Below are positions 17,970-23,546 of a stretch of 23,546 nucleotides of DNA, one piece after another; positions within the stretch are counted from its first letter, which is position 1; each line of letters starts with the position of its first letter. The stretch comes from a candidate division WOR-3 bacterium. Lineage in GTDB: Bacteria; Hydrothermota; Tepidihabitantia; SM23-42; CAYGYG01. The stretch is from NCBI GenBank assembly GCA_965648915.1, contig CBFGIV010000004.1, positions 58,069 through 81,614 on the forward strand, written 5' to 3'. The notes under the pieces were generated by a model. The model saw only the letters and a program-made list of their open reading frames with translations. It searched no databases and was not told the origin of the DNA. Both the position numbers and the translations under genes were made by a program.

Positions 17970-18747
17970 CTTTTACCGCCCTTCCCGGACATTTAGCAAC
18001 ACAGTCGAGGCAACGGATGCAGTCGATACTGTTTGTGGATTTTTTTATGTGCACCCCCATCGGGCAAACTGCTGCGCAGGTGTCACAGTCGATGCAGGCT
18101 TTCTCTTCAACTGAGATTTTTAAGATGCTGAAACGATTGAAGAGTGAATATAATGCGCCAATCGGACAGAGGACACGACAGAAGAACCTTTTGATTGCTA
18201 TGGAAAAGAGGATAATAGTGACGAAGATAGCAATCTTCATATAAAAGTGCCAGCCGACCAGTGCCCTGAGATCACCACCCGGATTGGCAAGGATTAAAGG
18301 GATTCCGGCAATTAGAGTCCCATCCGGGCAGATCTTGCAGAACCAGGGTTCGGCCGTGAAGTAGACGACGAGTATCGCCACACCCACAAGAACGGTATAT
18401 TTCCCATACCGCATCCAGTTTGGAAGGCGTCCCTTGATAGTTTTTATCTTGTAGAGCAGATCCTGGATAAATCCAAACGGGCATACCCAGCCGCAAGCCA
18501 TCCGGCCGACCGCGAGACCGATGGAGAGGAAAAATCCAATGATATAATAAGGGATCGTCCTGAGGGTTACAAAGTGTTGAAAATTTCCGATCGGACAACC
18601 GAACCAGGTTGCGGGACAACCATAACAGTTTAATGTCGGGACACAGACCCCTTTAAGTATACCCTGATAGATAACCGGACCACCGAAAAGGGGAAGGAAG
18701 TGGCTGTTGTAGCCGATTGAGGTTAAAATTTGAATTATCCGACGCAT
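17959..18747 (-). CDS. Membrane polyferredoxin / 4Fe-4S binding protein (Fer4_5, NapH/YccM-like)
   Basis: TM helices; CVPTLNCYGCP...CP, GRMACGWVCPFG, FCKICP, RFFCRVLCPIG, and two CxxCxxCxxxCP motifs at the C-terminus. Confidence 0.9.
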   Translation of the reverse strand: MRRIIQILTSIGYNSHFLPLFGGPVIYQGILKGVCVPTLNCYGCPATWFGCPIGNFQHFVTLRTIPYYIIGFFLSIGLAVGRMACGWVCPFGFIQDLLYKIKTIKGRLPNWMRYGKYTVLVGVAILVVYFTAEPWFCKICPDGTLIAGIPLILANPGGDLRALVGWHFYMKIAIFVTIILFSIAIKRFFCRVLCPIGALYSLFNRFSILKISVEEKACIDCDTCAAVCPMGVHIKKSTNSIDCIRCLDCVAKCPGRAVKVGI

Positions 18748-18753
18748 CAATAT

Positions 18754-18891
18754 CTATTCAATCCCCATACAGGAGAGGCACATTACCGAGCCATGGATCC
18801 GGGCTTCAGTAAAGTCACCGTTCCAGATACCATATATGCCCAATCCCATCATCAAGATAAAGGCAATAATAATTATAATCTTCTTAATCAT
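18754..18891 (-). CDS. 45-aa single-TM CxxC microprotein (resembles the CD1871A-family CXXC proteins)
   Basis: Below the ORF-track cutoff. Translates as MIKKIIIIIAFILMMGLGIYGIWNGDFTEARIHGSVMCLSCMGIE*; fills the gap between operon genes and ends in CLSCMGI directly before the polyferredoxin. Confidence 0.85.
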   Translation of the reverse strand: MIKKIIIIIAFILMMGLGIYGIWNGDFTEARIHGSVMCLSCMGIE

Positions 18892-18921
18892 TTTTTGGGA
18901 CAATTGAGGTGAATTGAGCCA

Positions 18922-20349
18922 TTAAAACTGACTGGTCAGGACCGCTTTGATACCATCAAAAGGTCTTTCCCAGCGGCAGACACCACCTGAGCAGATTAGA
19001 CCACCTTTCTCATTTCCGGCTTTGATACGAAGGTTATGGGTTTCAGTTATATCCCACACCAGTTCGAGGGTCATCCAGCGCTTTTCGTCGCCCAGATAGG
19101 GTATCTTTTTGCTCCGCTGTTCATAACGGAATGTCAGGGAGATCAACTGAGAACGGCTGAGACCAACATAAGCCGCCCATTCAGTGTATTCATAAGGTCG
19201 GGCAGAGATCCAGTTAAATTCACCACCAAAATCGATCGAATGGACCAGGTCAGGTGAAAATGTTATATCGAAATGGGGTTTGTTCTCAATCTTTTTTGGG
19301 ACTTTGATATCGATGCGCCGCTGAATAGATTGGTCAAATCCAACCTCGGTTGAGAGTCGGTCACTGGGATCGATCTTTGTTTTGCCGATCCATTCTTCAG
19401 CACCGTGAATATTGGGTGAATCATAGACATCGGTGCGGGCAATTTCGAGACTCATCTTCTCAACCGGTGAAAGAACAACAGTCACACCGTATCCCTTTTC
19501 ATCCATTCCTCGATTTACCGAGATTCCAGCTCGATTGGGTGTTGGGGGCTCATTATAGCAGTAGCCAAAGCCACCAACACTGAGTGTATCGTAAATGAGA
19601 TATTCTCCAGTTATGCCAATGATTGAGGTAGATAAATTTCCCGATGCATAGATTCCTTTTCCCCGCTGACGACCGCCGATATCCGGTTTATAACCCCATC
19701 GGCGAGTATATTCTACATAGAAATCGAATGGTCCATAAAAGATTTTGGCTCCACCGCCATAGAGTTCATCAAAGGCCTTTTTGCTCAAAACTGTATCGCG
19801 CTCACGGTTTATGCGGACATAGCGTCCGCCCGGTTGAAAATGGGGAATCAGTTGGGTGGTAAGGTCTGCACCCCGGATCTGGTCGGTTGTGTCGTTCTTG
19901 ACATTATAGTTATTCTCTTCAAAGAAGACCTCTCTGGGCCTGCCGGTGAGGACGGTAAGTTCATTCTTAAAGAGCCGGGTCTGAGCCATCAGACCTTTGA
20001 GGACCATCTCATGGCGAAAGTCTTCGTTTATAAAACTGTTAAGTGCCAGCCCTTGACCAAAGACTCGATAGAAATGGCCATAGGTAAAATTAATTCGAGG
20101 GTCTTCGTAAGAGAGTGAATAGTTTAAGAAATAAAGAGGTTTTTTGGGACGGGATGGGTCCCAGACAAAGAATGTTGTCTTCCCGGTAATTGCGCCATAA
20201 CTGACGCCAAGATTTAATTTATCTTCAAAATGTTCATCGAGTGAGTCGCGAAAGAGCCAGTATTCAGCCCGGTTGGAACCGTTGATGGTTATCTCGGCGG
20301 AATAGATCAGGGTGAAAAAAAATAGGATTGTAGCAGTTGCGTTTCTCAT
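18922..20349 (-). CDS. DUF6029-like outer-membrane beta-barrel protein
   Basis: Signal peptide, alternating beta-strand pattern, YRVFGQGLAL motif, C-terminal GGLICSGGVCRWERPFDG and a terminal Phe (...VLTSQF). Confidence 0.75.
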   Translation of the reverse strand: MRNATATILFFFTLIYSAEITINGSNRAEYWLFRDSLDEHFEDKLNLGVSYGAITGKTTFFVWDPSRPKKPLYFLNYSLSYEDPRINFTYGHFYRVFGQGLALNSFINEDFRHEMVLKGLMAQTRLFKNELTVLTGRPREVFFEENNYNVKNDTTDQIRGADLTTQLIPHFQPGGRYVRINRERDTVLSKKAFDELYGGGAKIFYGPFDFYVEYTRRWGYKPDIGGRQRGKGIYASGNLSTSIIGITGEYLIYDTLSVGGFGYCYNEPPTPNRAGISVNRGMDEKGYGVTVVLSPVEKMSLEIARTDVYDSPNIHGAEEWIGKTKIDPSDRLSTEVGFDQSIQRRIDIKVPKKIENKPHFDITFSPDLVHSIDFGGEFNWISARPYEYTEWAAYVGLSRSQLISLTFRYEQRSKKIPYLGDEKRWMTLELVWDITETHNLRIKAGNEKGGLICSGGVCRWERPFDGIKAVLTSQF

Positions 20350-20885
20350 TGTTTCTTCGTTTCTTTAGTTTTAGGAATTGATTCGCATTCGGTTTCGGCA
20401 AATAATTTATCAAGTTCCTTAACAATCATCTTCTCATCGCCCATCTTGAAACCGGTATGGATATAGACGATCTCTCCCTTCTGGTTGATGATAAAAGCAG
20501 TGGGCATTGCCCTTACCTGATACAATTCCTTAACTTTCTGTTCGGTATCGAGGATTACATTATAATCCCATTTGTGGCTTTTGGCAAATGGTTTGACCCG
20601 GGCAACAGATTTTGGCCCGTCGACACTCATTGCCAGGACCTGAAGCCCTTTTGCTTTATAAATTTTATCATAATAAGGTTTAAGGGCATCGAGTTCCTTG
20701 ATACACATCTTACACCAGAGCGCCCAGAAACTCATATAGACCGGTCCCTTCCTTAAGATTGAATCGAGATGAATGACTTCATTTTCCGTATTGGGAAGAG
20801 AAAATTTTGGGGCAATTTTGATTTCTGCAGCGCTTAAAAAAATAGTGCCAGAGAATATTAACAGAATTAATATCTTTTTTATCAT
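20346..20885 (-). CDS. Exported TlpA/ResA-family thiol-disulfide oxidoreductase
   Basis: Signal peptide; APKFSL, SFWALWCKMCIKEL (CxxC), cis-Pro MPTAFII; GAGGAG SD; ATGA overlap with the next gene. Confidence 0.92.
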   Translation of the reverse strand: MIKKILILLIFSGTIFLSAAEIKIAPKFSLPNTENEVIHLDSILRKGPVYMSFWALWCKMCIKELDALKPYYDKIYKAKGLQVLAMSVDGPKSVARVKPFAKSHKWDYNVILDTEQKVKELYQVRAMPTAFIINQKGEIVYIHTGFKMGDEKMIVKELDKLFAETECESIPKTKETKKQ

Positions 20886-20902
20886 CTTTTCTCCTCAGGA
20901 CT

Positions 20903-21682
20903 TTAATACAATCCTCTTTTAATTACTGCCTGGATAACTTTTTTGGTTGAGATATCCTGAATAAAAGTGATAACGCCGAGATGGCGACTGTGCCAGTTGT
21001 TGGTTACGGATAGCGTTGTATCGAAGGTGTCATTTACAGTAATATGACGAAAAGGCAGACCAAATGTATCGGGCGGGACGATCTTACGTCCAACAAAATA
21101 TAATGGGCCGTTGATACCGTAGGGCATACTATCCTGAAGGATAACCATAAATAGCCTCGGGTCAGTTTCCAGGATGGAATCGGTTGCTATCGTCCTGATC
21201 CGGACATTGACATTTCCATTAAGGGTATCGGTCTGTTCGATTGTCAATTTTATCCGGGTTGAGTCTTTCAGTCTATTCTCGATCACCTCACGAAACTTGG
21301 TCTTTGGATCGTTGGCCTCCTGAACTTTGATAATACCGTCGAACATCCCATTGGCCGGAGAAGTTGTGGTTATCTTATACCATTCCTTACGCATCTTGGC
21401 TTCAGGGCAGAATGTATCACCCGGTGAAAGTTCACTGGCATAGAATGTTACCCGGGCAAGTCTATTTTGATATTCCTCATCCCAGAGGCTGTCGAGAGCA
21501 CGACACGCATGCTCACAGGATGCTCAACCGGTTTCGGTGATGAGTTCGGCGAGGACAACACGGCTTGTGAGTTGACCTCCTGGAGGTGGGGGCTTTACTA
21601 TCTCAGGTGCTTCTGAGCAGGAGAGAAAGATCAACAATAAAATAGATAGAAAGATTTCTTTCTTTTCAACGACATTTTCCAT
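20903..21682 (-). CDS. Omp28-like thioredoxin-fold lipoprotein with in-frame TGA read as selenocysteine (UxxC), 259 aa
   Basis: Track ORFs 21524..21772 and 20903..21394 are in one frame, separated only by TGA at 21526-21524. Joined: MENVVEKKEIFLSILLLIFLSC (lipobox) ...RVVLAELITETG-U-ASCEHACRALDSLWDEEYQNRLARVTFYASELSPGDTFCPEAKMRKEWY...MFDG...VITFIQD. Confidence 0.85.
21476..21523 (-). promoter_or_regulatory. Candidate bacterial SECIS element
   Basis: 3' of the UGA: CUGU-GAGCAUG-[CGUGU]-CGUGCUC-ucg-ACAG, with a possible lower stem CAUCC/GGAUG; apical loop 17-21 nt from the UGA containing GU. Confidence 0.65.
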
Positions 21683-21690
21683 AGATGTGT

Positions 21691-21718
21691 ATAGTATCCA
21701 TTTTAATGAATTTGTCAA
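21691..21718 (-). promoter_or_regulatory. sigma70-type promoter for the redox operon
   Basis: TTGACA-N16-TACTAT, ending 8 nt before ATG 21682. Confidence 0.65.
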
Positions 21719-21784
21719 TGTCAATATTCCAGCAAAAGGTAAAAACAGAATCAAACAAGATATTCGAATCACTCAAACGGAGTC

Positions 21785-22960
21785 TTAGTTTTGAGCCGAC
21801 TTAATTTTTTCGACGTAGTTTATTATCGCTTCCTGATCAGAAGGGCTTATAAGATTAAAACAGAATCCGAGTTCAAAACTCTCAGGACCGGTCCGCTGGT
21901 TCCAGACCACCCTTCCTGAAGTCTTGATACTGCGCAGAAGATCCGGGAGCTTGATTTTAAGTTCAAGGGGAGTGCCAACGGGGATGTTCTCATTGACGGT
22001 GAATAAGATACCGCCACCACCAATATTTCTGATCTTTACTTTTCGGGCTTCACCATTTTTGAGAATACGATAGACAATGGGAACTTCGGTATCCACCCTG
22101 AGGAATTTTCGTTTTTCAATAAAGTATACATAGATTCGATCTTTGCCTTCATTCTTGGCTCGGTACAGGGCGGTATCGGCTTTGTTGACCAGATCCTCGA
22201 CGGTAGTCTTGTCATTCTCAAAGGCAGCAACGCCACCACTCAGTGTTAATGAAATCGGATCAACCGATGGTGCAGTTCTGAATCTGATCGTTGATAATGC
22301 TGTCCTGATTCTCTGCCCCACCTTCAAGGCGCCGGCCGCAGTTGTCTGGGGAAAGATAATGGCAAATTCTTCTCCACCGTATCGGCAGGGGTAATCGACA
22401 TTTCGGCAGTTTTCTTTTATAAGACGGCCGACCCGGAAGAGTATTCGATCACCACAGAGGTGACCAAAGGTATCGTTATATTTTTTGAAATCGTCGAGAT
22501 CGAGCATCAGCAGGGAAAGGGGCTGATTATACCTTTTGACCCTTTCTAACTCACGAAAGCAGGTTTCATTGAAGAAGCGCCGATTGTAAAGCAGAGTGAG
22601 TTCGTCAGTGATTGTTGAATCAGCAAGTCTCTGAAAAGCGTCGAGTTCGATAATCTTGGGGTTTTTCAGTTTTGGCGTGATTTTCATAAAATAGTCGAGC
22701 ATTGCGACTTTGAGCGGGACCGGGCGCTGAATCTTTCTGGTTAAGGTAAGTTTATGTTTAAAGATATTTTTCCAGTGCTCTTTTGCTTCTTTAGTATCAA
22801 AGTCGAGATGGGTGAATAGTTTTAAGAGGTCACGATATATGGTCTGGTTGTTTCTTTTACCGATTCTTATGACCTTCTCTTTCAGCAGGGTATCAATCTT
22901 TTCTGGATCCTCGTTTAAGGATTCGACAATTTTTTTAACAATACTGTTTTTTTCCGACAT
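21785..22960 (-). CDS. Diguanylate cyclase (GGDEF) with C-terminal PilZ domain
   Basis: TDELTLLYNRR, DLDDFKKYND, RxxD I-site (RNVD), RYGGEEF; PilZ motifs EKRKFLR and NIGGGG. ATG 22960 has an AAGGAG SD. Confidence 0.92.
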   Translation of the reverse strand: MSEKNSIVKKIVESLNEDPEKIDTLLKEKVIRIGKRNNQTIYRDLLKLFTHLDFDTKEAKEHWKNIFKHKLTLTRKIQRPVPLKVAMLDYFMKITPKLKNPKIIELDAFQRLADSTITDELTLLYNRRFFNETCFRELERVKRYNQPLSLLMLDLDDFKKYNDTFGHLCGDRILFRVGRLIKENCRNVDYPCRYGGEEFAIIFPQTTAAGALKVGQRIRTALSTIRFRTAPSVDPISLTLSGGVAAFENDKTTVEDLVNKADTALYRAKNEGKDRIYVYFIEKRKFLRVDTEVPIVYRILKNGEARKVKIRNIGGGGILFTVNENIPVGTPLELKIKLPDLLRSIKTSGRVVWNQRTGPESFELGFCFNLISPSDQEAIINYVEKIKSAQN

Positions 22961-22997
22961 TGAACTCCTTATAACAACGGTTCGCAACGCGCATAAT

Positions 22998-23025
22998 ATA
23001 TTACTCAGATTAAGTATATTGTCAA
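22998..23025 (-). promoter_or_regulatory. sigma70-type promoter for the GGDEF-PilZ gene
   Basis: TTGACA-N16-TAATAT. Confidence 0.6.
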
Positions 23026-23091
23026 GAATAAAATGAAAAATGGCTCTTGGATATCATTTTGTTTCTCTTTATAATTGGTAAAGGAGGCTTT

Positions 23092-23546
23092 ATGCCAGAA
23101 AGTGTTGAATATTATTATCTTGGTCTTGATGTGCACAAGAATTCTTCCACCGCGACCATGCTGGATAAAAGCGGTCATCTTTTGGGATCGGAGAAACTTA
23201 TTAACACTAAAAAGGCATTCGAGGAGTTTATAAATGCTTATCCCAATGGTCGCATTAAAGCAGTGTTAGAGGCTGGCCGGAACTGGGGTATTATTTATGA
23301 TCTTTTAGAAAGCCTGCCGTCCGTTGAGAAAGTCGCTTTAGCCAACCCGCCCAAGGTCAAAGCAATTGCCGATGCTAAACTTAAGACCGATACCATCGAT
23401 TCTCTCACCCTGGCTCAGCTATTGAGGACGGATTATATCCCCGAGGTCTTTGTGCCCCCCCAAAGCGGTGCGGTATAAGAAATACCTTGTGCGCCATCGT
23501 TGTTTCCTGGTTGCACTTAAGACGAGGGTTAAAAACCGTATCCATA
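23092..23546 (+). mobile_element. IS110-family (DEDD) transposase/recombinase, frameshifted at C7 (23455-23461), continuing beyond the window
   Basis: AAGGAGG SD; LGLDVHK, VLEAG, ANP, KTDTIDS motifs. After the C7 run the shifted frame continues KAVRYKKYLVRHRCFLVALKTRVKNRIH, the expected IS110 coiled-coil. Confidence 0.9.

Noticed and set aside
20346..20349. Sec read-through at the tlpA TGA stop
   Set aside because: It is an ordinary ATGA stop/start overlap after a complete domain, with no redox motif context.
21524..21526. Genome-wide UGA reassignment (code 4 or 25) as the explanation of the in-frame TGA
   Set aside because: Long genes such as ppdK have no internal TGA, Trp and Gly use standard codons, and TGA terminates ppdK, cheR, tlpA and the 8703-10136 gene at expected ends.
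20903..21772. Two separate ORFs (82 aa and 163 aa) or a nonsense pseudogene
   Set aside because: Same frame, continuous domain, stop at the redox Cys position with a downstream hairpin, and no other lesions. The track's 21772 start runs through the promoter.

Overview
Bacterial chromosomal window; the gene style (large secreted Asp-box propeller proteins with FlgD/T9SS-A-like C-terminal domains) suggests an FCB/WOR-3-like anaerobe, which is inference only. Left to right: a >1159-aa secreted protein that runs off the left edge (missed by the ORF track) behind a complex leader with a (GA)9 microsatellite and degenerate 7/8-mer repeats; an operon of a COG2403 P-loop enzyme (ArcE/cDPGS-like) and ppdK; two divergently transcribed secreted propeller proteins; a PD-(D/E)xK-like gene remnant; an EamA transporter; an orphan CheR-TPR; tRNA-Lys(UUU); a six-gene envelope-spanning redox operon; a GGDEF-PilZ protein; and a frameshifted IS110 transposase. 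Main discovery: the first gene of the redox operon is split by the ORF track at an in-frame TGA in a UxxC motif followed by a SECIS-like hairpin, so it is probably an Omp28-like lipo-selenoprotein. It is co-transcribed with a TlpA, a DUF6029-like outer-membrane barrel with a C-terminal CxxxxC, an unannotated 45-aa CxxC membrane microprotein, a membrane polyferredoxin and a membrane-anchored NADPH flavo-Fe-S oxidoreductase. Together these look like a complete cytoplasm-to-outer-membrane thiol/selenol electron relay. Eight host sigma70-type promoters all have a 16-bp spacer, and several genes appear leaderless.
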